A program made the position numbers and the translations under genes. Below the pieces are notes generated by a model. That model made no database searches. It saw nothing but the letters and a program-made list of their open reading frames with translations, and was not told the origin of the DNA. A DNA stretch of 64,000 bases, taken from positions 6,076,001 to 6,140,000 of the forward strand of contig CM035361.1 in assembly GCA_020137815.1 (NCBI GenBank), in the 5' to 3' direction. Below, in pieces: positions 47,996 through 58,055 of the stretch; position 1 is the first letter of the stretch; each line of letters opens with the position of its first letter. The stretch is from Hormiphora californensis. Its lineage: Eukaryota; Animalia; Ctenophora.

Positions 47996-50956
47996 CTACT
48001 TTCTTTTTGACTTACCCTTCTTTCCTTTCTTGCCCTTCTTTTTCGACTTCAGCTTCTTCCGGGTTGCAAAGGACCTCCAGTGAGCCTGTATTACCACAGC
48101 TGCCTTGGTCAGCAATCTGGAAAATTAGGATGAAATAAGTTGAGTTCGTTCACACATTCTCAATCTCAGAAAAAGGTTTTCAAAAAGTCTCTCAAAATCA
48201 GAAACTGAACTGATAATTTTATTTCTTACCGCATTCGCCTCTCCTCCTCAGCTTTCCTCTCTGCAGCAATTCTTCGCTCTTCCATGATCTTATTGTACTC
48301 CTCTTCGAGCACAGCGAACCGCTCCTCCAAATCTTCCAATTGCTGTTTCTCAATCTTGTACACCTGATGATGGGGGTAATGGTGAGTCCTGAAATATATT
48401 ACAAATTGATCGGAGTGATGAAATATGTCAATTGTAAATTATAGTGACATCATTAGTTATGTGACGTCATGAATCATTCAATTCCTTACCGCTTCGATCT
48501 GCTCGTATTCATCCTGCCTCTCCCCCATATCAGTGTCGTATTTGGCGATCCAAGTTTCAAGGGCAGACTCTGTCTTAATCTTGCGACTTCGTAACCCCTA
48601 ACGGATAGATTGGTGAGTAAATATGTTTGGAAAATATATCCTATATATCCTATCCCCGATTTACCGGAACCCCGATTTACCGGGAGGATATACATAATTC
48701 CCCCGATATAGGAAATTAACGGTATTTGACCCCGATATACCGGGCACCCCGGTTTACCGGTCAAAACCCTTTCCCCCGAGCATTTCGAGGGTCCGACTCG
48801 ACTCTATATTAAGGAAAATTTGTCGGATGCCCGAGTGGCGAGTGAAAATCATGCTGATTTCCATTGTCATGCTGATTTCCATTTGACTGCTGCAACAGGA
48901 GCAAAGAAATGCCCATTAAATACCTGTTCAGACTGTCGGTGTTCGGAGACCGCTTGAGCCAACTGTTGTCTCAATTGTGCAATACTTTGCTTCAATCGAT
49001 CACACTTCCCATCGCTAGTCTTCACATCAGTCGCCTCCTGTTTATGGGAATCCGATTTGATCCGCTTGTTGACCTCATTGCTTGTTCGTTGAAGCTGGGC
49101 CAGATCCGATTTGAGTTTCTTGATTTCTGTGTTCTTTTTGTTTAGTTCAGCATCTCGGTCATCCGAGGCATCCTGAAGCAGGCCGTCCAACTTTTTAACT
49201 TCAACCTGCAAAAGACGGTTTGAGTTAGTGGGAAGTTGGAAAATATTAGTTGCTAGGACCTGGTAGAAAGGCCGATGATATTGGTTTAGGTGTGTCTATG
49301 ATTTAATGAGAGACGAAACCGGACCGAAGGAGACTGGAGAGAAAAGGGGGATCAGAGAATTTCACTCACTGCAGCCTTTGCCTCCCGTTGTATAATCTGA
49401 TGAATATAATTTCCCCTTTCCTCCTCCTCCTCTCTAGTTGTTAGGAGTCGCTCCATTACAATGCCTCTCAGGTTGTTCATTGTCGAAATAAGGGAGCTGG
49501 CGGCTGGAGGTCGCTCTGCAACCTGTAGAAGATGGTTGTAAAATAATATTTTCAGCAAACAAGATCTTGCGTAACATTTAATTAAAACCTTGACTGATGG
49601 GCCGAACAACCCCCAACCCTGATGGCTGATTCCCGAACGTAAATACCTGTTTTAGAACGGCGTCTAGCATGGAGTGATTGCGAGAGAACAGCCTTACAAT
49701 GGATCGAGTGGAGTGTCGGAGTTGTTGTTGCAGTTGTGACCGGTACTGACAGAGAGATTCATAGGACATTTTCTCAGGCTCTCCGTCTAGTCCTCCTCTC
49801 TTAGCACTGCCTGGGGTGGGTAGATTTTGTAAAACAATTTTCGATGATGAGTGGCTAGATAATTGATAAATCATAAAGCTACGTTGTGACAAATCTGGGC
49901 TAAAATAAGGAAATCTCCCCCCTCTCCCCTAAATCTTGACCCCCTACTTGTATGAGCCTGACTCTGAACTAAAATAAGGTTATCAGCCCCCCCCCCTAAA
50001 TCTTGACCCCAATTACTTGTATGAGCCTGACTCTGAACTAAAATAAGGTTATCAGCCCCCCCCCCCCCTAAATCTTGACCCCAATTACTTGTATGAGCCT
50101 GACTCTCCTCCTCCTCCTGGAGTGTGAAGACCTTGGAAAACAGAAGTTCCAGTTCATAGTGCTCCTTCAAAATGGAAATCATGTCAGCAGTCAAAATGTG
50201 AGCATACCTGCGGGAGATAATGATGTTAGTTATTAGTGGAAATTGGGTGTGATTGAGTTTCTGTTGTTAGAATTTTCAGACTGTCTCGCGTGCATAAAGA
50301 ACAACTCAACGACAATACAAAAGTGGGCTAGTATGAACATTGAACATTGAACAATGAACATTTTATATAAAACATGTACCTATCCAATTGTGGTGTGATA
50401 GTAGGTAGGAGAGTAACAAGCCGGATTTTAGTAATAGAATCATCAAGAACGGCCATAATCCTCTGACTCTCCACCGTAACCAGTTTCTTTGAGGATGGAT
50501 CTAAAATCTTTAGCGGGTCCTCTTTCTTAGAATCTGTAGAAATCATGGCGGAAGTGAGTATAATAAAGAGTGTGAATCGAGTGATGCTGTGGAAACGGAC
50601 GGGAAAACTATAATTCGACTTTGGGATCATATCAGCTTGTTACAAGATATAGCACACTCAAGACTGTCATATCTTCCCCTAATTGATAGTCAGCCAGACA
50701 AACACAATGCGTGAGGAATTACCAGGCTGGTTACCTACTTTTGGTTACATGGCTAGGTTACCTACTTTTGGTTACCAGGCTAGGTTACCTACTTTTGGTT
50801 ACCAGGCTAGGCTACCTAACTGGGTTACCTACTTTTGGTGTTTCCACCTGAGCCTTGCATGGCTTGATACATGTCGATATTCTTCTTTTTGCCTCCTACA
50901 AGGGCATCTGAGCGGGTGTTGTGGATTGCAGGCGGAGGATCAACAATACTAGCCAT
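47996..50956 (-). CDS. DRC10: Dynein regulatory complex protein 10 (IQCD), ~9 exons
   Basis: DPLKILDPSSKKLVTVESQRIMAVLDD, LRHSTRSIVRLF, ERLLTT, WIAKYDTDMGERQDEYE, LEERFAVLEEEYNKIMEERR, IQ motif VIQAHWRSF; the Lys-rich tail needs one extra A near 48040. Confidence 0.88.
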
Positions 50957-51284
50957 GTGGCTAGAAACAGGGAGAGAGAGGGGTTAGTGATATATATACT
51001 TTTAGAGGTTTTGCTCGGAGGGTTGGGGGTTAAGACTTGAGGGCTAGAAATAGGGAGAGAGAGATGTTAGTGATATAGTGGTAGTACAGTCGGGCTCCGG
51101 GACAGGATGCTCGGGGGAAAGATTTTGCCCGGTAAACCGAGGTCCGACTGTTTATTATTGGGTTATTAGTTGAGGGGTTAGAACTTAAAAACTGGTGAAT
51201 TGGGGTACAATGTGAAACAGTGAAACGCGTGAAATCTCGTGCTGTATGATGAAAACTAGACAGCTACCATGCTGGACACACACA

Positions 51285-51388
<104 letters not shown>

Positions 51389-51566
51389 TTCTCTCTCTCT
51401 CTCTTGAGTGACCCACTACTGCTGCAGCTCAGGTCTGTTTGATGATTATATTTGAAGTTAAAAGTCCTTTACAGCATCATATCGTCCGATAAAATATCTC
51501 CCGCGATTTTAAACCGGAAACACTAAAACGAAAACTGATCAAAGTGTATGATGATGTCATCACACC

Positions 51567-52790
51567 TCACAATGAGATATCAGAGAATTTCTCGATGACA
51601 TCATCCTCGTCATCACCATCGTCATCACCATCACTGACCACATCATACTCCCGAATAGCTCTCTCCCGGTCAAACTGGAAATTAACCACCTTCACCCGAT
51701 AATCCCGGTCAATTGCCTCCCGTTCCTCATCCCATGCATCCGGATCAGCTACTTGTTCGACGACCTCAAAAAAGGGAACATTCCGGATATCGGGGTGTGG
51801 CCACTCGCACACCTTTGGATCAGGTAAGTCTAGCGGATGGAACCTTCGGTAGGAATTCCGTGTTGGCAGGGTTCCAATAATAATCCAGTGAGACGCTTTT
51901 CGGCCAAGGGCATGGATTGCAATTTCATAGGTCACATTAAGAAACCCACACGGTTGTTCTCCCGATTGCACAACTGGCGGAATCAAGAGGGGGTCGTGTT
52001 GTTTTACAAAAACAGATTTCCCAACTACTTCCCCGTAGTCTATCCTCACCAGAGTCTTTGAAGTGGTGTGCTCACTGCCATCCGAGGCAGTGTATTTCAC
52101 GTGCATGACCAGCTCCGACCATGCCATACTGATTCTTGTTCCACTTTTGTTCATGATCTCGACGTTCATGAGGACCTCCTCCCCGGGTACATAGCCCACC
52201 TTTTCCAATCGACCCGCAATTGTTATCTCTTTGAACCATTGTTTACCTCCTGAGAAAGTCTTGGCAAACGTGACAGGCTGGAGGGATTTCTTGTGTTCGC
52301 GAAGGTTGTACGGGTTGATAACGGGTATAAATCGTTCGTGATCTTGGACTGACGCCCATGGCCAATCAACCTCAGCTCGGATTGTGTACCGGACACTCCC
52401 ATTTGGAAACTCCATGGACGAGGGAAGTTGGTGTTTGCCCGGGGATACAATGGGAACCTCAAAAGGGTATGAGAATTTCCCTGGTCGTAGGAACATGTTT
52501 TTCCCATCGCCATGAACGTAGAGTTCCTTAAAAAGGAGATTTGAATTGTTCATGAACTTCACCTCATTTCCACGTTTATTTTTATGATGCCAATGTACGT
52601 CCGCTTTGCACATGATGGTCAGCTTGATGCCCCTCATTCTCCGTTTGTGTTCGTTCACTATGCTGACCGTGCCCGTGAGTGATTGTCCAACGAAAAACAC
52701 CTCCTTGTCCAGGAATATGTCAATAGTGAGCGGCTGTTCCTCCGGGGAGATCTCTTCCTCGGAGGAGGCATATGAGGATGCATCGGACAT
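51567..52790 (-). CDS. Alpha-arrestin (arrestin domain-containing protein), intronless CDS
   Basis: VFFVGQSLTGTV, PGKFSYPFE, LPSSMEFPNGSVRYTIRA, GYVPGE: arrestin N and C domains. Confidence 0.92.
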   Translation of the reverse strand: MSDASSYASSEEEISPEEQPLTIDIFLDKEVFFVGQSLTGTVSIVNEHKRRMRGIKLTIMCKADVHWHHKNKRGNEVKFMNNSNLLFKELYVHGDGKNMFLRPGKFSYPFEVPIVSPGKHQLPSSMEFPNGSVRYTIRAEVDWPWASVQDHERFIPVINPYNLREHKKSLQPVTFAKTFSGGKQWFKEITIAGRLEKVGYVPGEEVLMNVEIMNKSGTRISMAWSELVMHVKYTASDGSEHTTSKTLVRIDYGEVVGKSVFVKQHDPLLIPPVVQSGEQPCGFLNVTYEIAIHALGRKASHWIIIGTLPTRNSYRRFHPLDLPDPKVCEWPHPDIRNVPFFEVVEQVADPDAWDEEREAIDRDYRVKVVNFQFDRERAIREYDVVSDGDDDGDDEDDVIEKFSDISL

Positions 52791-52804
52791 TGTGATGTTG
52801 TGCT

Positions 52805-53627
52805 GAGTGGGTGGTTGGGTGAGTAAAGAGTGGGTGGTTGGGTGAGTAAAGAGTGGGTGGTTGGGTGAGTAAAGAGTGGGTGGTTGGGTGAGTAAAGAGT
52901 GGGTGGTTGGGTAAGTAAAGAGTGGGTGGTTGGGTGAGTAAAGAGTGGGTGGTTGGATGAGTAAAGGGTGGGTGGTTGGGTGAGTAAAGGGTGGGTGGTT
53001 GGGTGAGTAAAGAGTGGGTGGTTGGGTGAGTAAAGAGTGGGTGGTTGGGTGAGTAAAGAGTGGGTGGTTGGGTGAGTAAAGAGTGGGTGGTTGGGTGAGT
53101 AAAGAGTGGGTGGTTGGGTGAGTAAAGAGTGGGTGGTTGGGTGAGTAAAGAGTGGGTGGTTGGGTGAGTAAAGAGTGGGTGGTTGGGTGAGTAAAGAGTG
53201 GGTGGTTGGGTGAGTAAAGAGTGGGTGGTTGGGTGAGTAAAGAGTGGGTGGTTGGGTGAGTAAAGAGTGGGTGGTTGGGTGAGTAAAGAGTGGGTGGTTG
53301 GGTGAGTAAAGAGTGGGTGGTTGGGTGAGTAAAGAGTGGGTGGTTGGGTGAGTAAAGAGTGGGTGGTTGGGTGAGTAAAGAGTGGGTGGTTGGGTGAGTA
53401 AAGAGTGGGTGGTTGGATGAGTAAAGAGTGGGTGGTTGGATGAGTAAGAAGTGGGTGGTTGGATGAGTAAAGAGTGGGTGGTTGGATGAGTAAAGAGTGG
53501 GTGGTTGGATGAGTAAAGAGTGTGTGGTTAGGTGAGTATTAAAGAGTGGGTGGTTGGGTAAGTATTAAAGAGTGGGTGGTTGGGTAAGTATTAAAGAGTG
53601 GGTGGTTGGGTGAGTAAAGAGTGGGTG
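52805..53627. repeat. 23-bp minisatellite (~35 copies) ending at the arrestin 5' acceptor
   Basis: gagtgggtggttgggtgagtaaa units, diverging toward the distal end. Confidence 0.97.
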
Positions 53628-53882
53628 AAAAGTTGGGCAGGTGGGTGTATAACAAGTGATATATAGATGAGTATGTAATAAGGGAGGAAGGGGATATATA
53701 TGGGGAATGGGGAAGAAAGGGAACTATTGGGAAGTAAAGAAGAACTATCTAAAACAAAAGACATCAACATTTAACAACATCAATATATTATGTAGATCTC
53801 ACTAGACATTCTACCCGAGAAAACGCACGCCCCGATCGCTAAAAGACAGATCTCAAACCTCTTTCTCTCAATTTAAAATCTC

Positions 53883-55823
53883 TCATGTCATCAGCGTAGT
53901 TCTATCTGCTTTTGTGCCTAATTTAGCGATTCTCTCTCTCGATTGTTCCAGTTCCTTCCACCGTCGTTCCTCCATGGCTCGTTTTTCAGCCTCAAGATTC
54001 ACAGTCCTTTTGACTGGTCCACCCTGTAGAGTCATCTGTTGAGCGGTTTTCATTTTCATTCTCTCCGCCCGTTTTTCCTCCAACTTTCGCTGTAAAGAAT
54101 CCAGCTCGGTTGACTGAACTTTTGGGGGAGATTTTATCTTTTCTTTCTCCTGCTGTGCCCGAGCCTGTTCCTTGCTGACGATGATCCGGTTCTGGGAGAT
54201 GGAGTCCATTTTCTGTTCCAGCATCTTTCGATATGTGATCTTATCGGCCAAAATATCTCCTCGTTTCTCCTCCAACTCTCGTTCCCTTTGTTCCTTTACC
54301 AGAACCAGCCTCTCCCTGAGCTCAGCGATGGACATCTCACACAAGAACCCAAATCCAGCAGTCGCTGTGAGATCCACAAATCGTTGAGTGTCAATTTCAG
54401 TTCGATCGAAGGCTCGAATCTCCTGAATTATCTTCATTTTTCGCTCCATCTCAAGCTGGGCTTCCTCCACTGCAATTCTCATCAGCACCTTGCTCTCTTC
54501 CTGGACCTGTTGGACCATCTTCCGCTTGATCTCGGTTAATTTCACCTGAGCCTGTTTGGTTTGTTGGTGACTATCCTGAATGGATAGAACTCGTTCTCTA
54601 GTCTCCTCTTCGAGCTCCAGCTGTGAGATCAGGAATTGTTTCAGCATCTTATCGGCTTCAATCTTCATTTTCTTCACTCGTTGCTTGTTGTTTTCGGTCA
54701 GCTTTTGTTTTGCCAACATAGCATCTTCGTATGAGAGTAGCCCGACCATTTTATTGCGAACCTGCCGCTCTGCTTCCTCTCTTTTCATCTCCTCATCTCT
54801 CTCACGGCGCCAACTTTGGAAGTCATCATCTGTTCCCTCGCCCGATAGAACACCAACTATCTTTTTCAGTTCTTCCTCCTCTCGTTTTGCGTACAGGGCA
54901 TCTTCTCGAAGGATTGTCGCAGCGTTCAGCTTTACTGGTGCTGCATTTTCTGTCACTTTTTTAGGGACGGGCTTCGCTTTGTATGAATCAAACTTTAGCT
55001 GTGCTTCACCCTCTTTGATGATTGTGTCCATTCGCTCTTGTGTTTTGATGGACTTTTCCGTTCGAATGTGATTGCCACTGAGCGTCCTTACTTCCTCCAA
55101 CATTTGCTCTGATTTCTTACGATTGTCCTCTTTTTTCTTCTGGATCTCAGTTTCCTCGCGAGGTGATTTGTAAATGGAAGGAGGAATTGGGTTTGTCGTT
55201 TTCACCTTAGGAATAGGCTCTGGCATCGGGACTGATCGTGGTTTTACTTGAGTCAATTTGAACGGCTGGGGTTTTGTTGTCACGCTGGATTTCTTGGCAG
55301 GAGGCTTGTTTTGGAGTTTGTCGTTCAACCGAGAAATAAGAATATGAACTTCGTCAAGGTTGTCCTGAAGATTAGGAAGAACAGAATTTTCAACAAACTG
55401 CTGATCATATATCTTACACCACTTGTTTTTTAGCCAGGACTGCAACTTCGGAAGGTCGAACAGGAATCGGAGGAATGTAAACATTTTCAAAGTGTCCTCT
55501 TTTAGTACAAAACTCTCGAAGTTTTCAAAACCAAGATCGTTAAGCCGCATCATAGCTAAGTAAGCAAACACCCGATACAGATATGCATCCTTTTTGAGCA
55601 TCTTTTTGCCCTCATCCAAATAAAAGTTCTCGACGGTTACTGATAAAAGTTTATGGTACCGCACACATCCAGAGAACACCTCTGCAACAAAGGTTTCTTC
55701 GGAATCATCAAGTTGAGGGTTACTTTCGAGGATCTCTTGAAGACGGGAGTCGGAAGCATTCGTCTCAGGGTTGAATTTCAGGAGTCCCTTGATGCATATT
55801 TGAACTAACGCGTTTGACTCCAT
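53883..55823 (-). CDS. CFAP99: Cilia- and flagella-associated protein 99, intronless CDS
   Basis: FVAEVFSGCVRY..LLSVTVENFY..LYRVFAYL, TTKPQPFKLT, VKLNAATILRE, GFLCEMSIAELRERL; first in-frame ATG at 55823. Confidence 0.85.
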   Translation of the reverse strand: MESNALVQICIKGLLKFNPETNASDSRLQEILESNPQLDDSEETFVAEVFSGCVRYHKLLSVTVENFYLDEGKKMLKKDAYLYRVFAYLAMMRLNDLGFENFESFVLKEDTLKMFTFLRFLFDLPKLQSWLKNKWCKIYDQQFVENSVLPNLQDNLDEVHILISRLNDKLQNKPPAKKSSVTTKPQPFKLTQVKPRSVPMPEPIPKVKTTNPIPPSIYKSPREETEIQKKKEDNRKKSEQMLEEVRTLSGNHIRTEKSIKTQERMDTIIKEGEAQLKFDSYKAKPVPKKVTENAAPVKLNAATILREDALYAKREEEELKKIVGVLSGEGTDDDFQSWRRERDEEMKREEAERQVRNKMVGLLSYEDAMLAKQKLTENNKQRVKKMKIEADKMLKQFLISQLELEEETRERVLSIQDSHQQTKQAQVKLTEIKRKMVQQVQEESKVLMRIAVEEAQLEMERKMKIIQEIRAFDRTEIDTQRFVDLTATAGFGFLCEMSIAELRERLVLVKEQRERELEEKRGDILADKITYRKMLEQKMDSISQNRIIVSKEQARAQQEKEKIKSPPKVQSTELDSLQRKLEEKRAERMKMKTAQQMTLQGGPVKRTVNLEAEKRAMEERRWKELEQSRERIAKLGTKADRTTLMT

Positions 55824-55829
55824 CGACAA

Positions 55830-56450
55830 ACAACCATACGAGCTAAAACGAAAGATTTAAGCAAAATAATTACCGAATAATCAACTTGCAATAAGAAGGC
55901 AGGTATCAATCATCGATCCAATACACAAGAGCACAAATTCAAACACATCACGTACACCACGTTATTGCAAGCGTTCCCATGACAATCCAGTGTACTCCGC
56001 AAGCAATCGCGTTTTTGTGAAATATTGGTCAATTTTGCAGCGCGCAAATCGGTGAGGAGAACGCGCAACTGAGCCGCGCACTCAGTCTTAAAAACTCGGA
56101 GCAGAAAATTTTCCTTGAACATTTTTTTTTTCAGGAAAAAGCGAACTTTTTCGTAGAGCGAAGCCTGAAGCGTCGTCGGCAATGTAGGGGTAGAGCCCCC
56201 ACAAGTAGGAACCAGTGTTGGGGATACAAATCTTCTGGCGGGTGCCTTATGGACCAAAAAATGTCGGCTACAGGGTCAATTAGACCAAAAAGTAGAGGCA
56301 AACGTCCCCCTGGCCCTGACCCCGCTCCCAATAACACATGCCTAATCTGTTTTCGCTGATTCTAATATTATTTAGATAAGTATACATTTGAACTGAAAAT
56401 AAAATTTTGTTTGGCGTATAGGGTTGCAGTGATTTATGAGGTTCAACCCT
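55830..56450. promoter_or_regulatory. Probable bidirectional promoter between CFAP99 and TNPO3
   Basis: Short CpG-enriched head-to-head spacer; includes the X-box-like gttcccatgacaat at ~55973. Confidence 0.5.
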
Positions 56451-56456
56451 CAGAGT

Positions 56457-57556
56457 ATGGCTACCATCGAAAAGCCTCAGCTGGACCAAGTCTATGCTGC
56501 GCTCACAATTCTCTACAGCTCTGGCAGTGCGGAGAAGAGTGCCACAGAGAAGGCATCAAATTACCTCGTCCAGATCCAACAGAGTGTGTGGGCCTGGGAA
56601 CTCGCTGATACGTTACTTTCTCAAAACAAAAGCCGTGGCAGCAACCATTATGCATCGACGACACTTCGTAATAAAATCCAGCGAGAGTTTAGGGAACTCC
56701 CGACGGAATCCCACGGATCACTGAGACAATCGTTGATGCAGCACCTTGTCAAGTTTAGAGATGGTAAGTCAAGATTCTGTTTGTACGAACACACATAACC
56801 GTCCCTTTACAAATGTAAATAAAAGGGAGGGTTAGAACATAACAAGATTCTGTAACTAGCCCCAACACTTTTCTATTTGAGTATAATATGCATTTACTTT
56901 TTTCAAGGATTCAACTACTTTTGGACAGAATATAACTCTGATTTTACCTTGCAGGTGAAACAGTGCTCCTTACTCAGCTGTCACTTGCTCTGGCGGATCT
57001 AGCCCTACAAATGGGATCTTGGACTACAGTCGTATCTGATCTCGTTTCACAGTGAGTAATGTTGTTATTGTTCTAACCCTTCCTTTACATTTGTAAAGGG
57101 GGTGGGGCGCCCGAAACACAGTTTAGCCAGGCAAGAGTAATGTTAAAGTGAGAGAGTGGATCGAAACATAATTGTTCAAGTTTTGATGCAGGTAATTCTG
57201 TTTCGGTCCACTCTCACTGGAAAATAGTGGGGGATGCTTATGTGAGACACACTAAAAGCACTCCAATGTAACACCTAGGATTACTGATTGATGTTGAAAG
57301 GGGATTTTTGAAGTTTTACCACCCCCCTCCCCTCTCGTTTGCTCGTGTTTGTGACAACTTCAAAACTTTATGTGCCACACATATGCTAGAAATTAAGCTG
57401 GGAGATATGGAGGCCAACATACCCTTAGTTTTTATTGGGTCACACATATATGCTGGTAAGATAACTGTTCAATATTATCAGGTTGTCAACAGACCCCAAG
57501 CTATGGAATGTATTGTTAGAGTGTTTAACTGTTCTACCTGAGGAAGTCGGTTCAAG
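56457..57556 (+). CDS. TNPO3: Transportin-3 / Mtr10 (importin-beta family), first three exons only
   Basis: Exons 56457-56763, 56955-57051, 57482-57556: IQQSVWAWELADTLL, FRELPTESHGSLRQSL, TQLSLALADLALQM, LTVLPEEV. Confidence 0.88.
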
Positions 57557-58055
57557 GTAAATTACTAACTTACACATTACCTACACAATATACAGACTCT
57601 CTAAAATATACATATTATTTGGGTTTGGGTATTATTTGTGTATTATTTGGGTTCCAATCACTATGACCTGCAGTTTGTCAACTTATGTTTCCGTGAAGCA
57701 GTCCCATGTTGAATACTCACTACTCGCGACTCACGACCTTAAAATTTACAAACCTTTTTCATAGGCCATCCTATTTTCATTATCTAGATCTAGTCTGTCG
57801 GGACTGTCGGGGGATAGAAATAACAAATAATATTTGCAATTTCAGTTGGATATAATTAGTTACAGAATCAAAGAAGTTGTATACATAATAACATAGTCTT
57901 TTCATCTCCATTTGGTCTGTCGATGGTTTCTTTAAATCTCTCAAAAGTTTAGAGTTCTTAGGTCACAATTTGATGTTCTCATGTATCTTGCAGATCTCAT
58001 CAATTCCCTTCAGGTTCACAATTCAACGACGAAATCATTTCTCCCTCTCTCTCTT

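Noticed and set aside
47996-48045. Novel Arg-rich C-terminus of DRC10
   Set aside because: One extra A in a homopolymer restores the usual SKKKGKKGKKGKSKRK* tail; likely an indel error.
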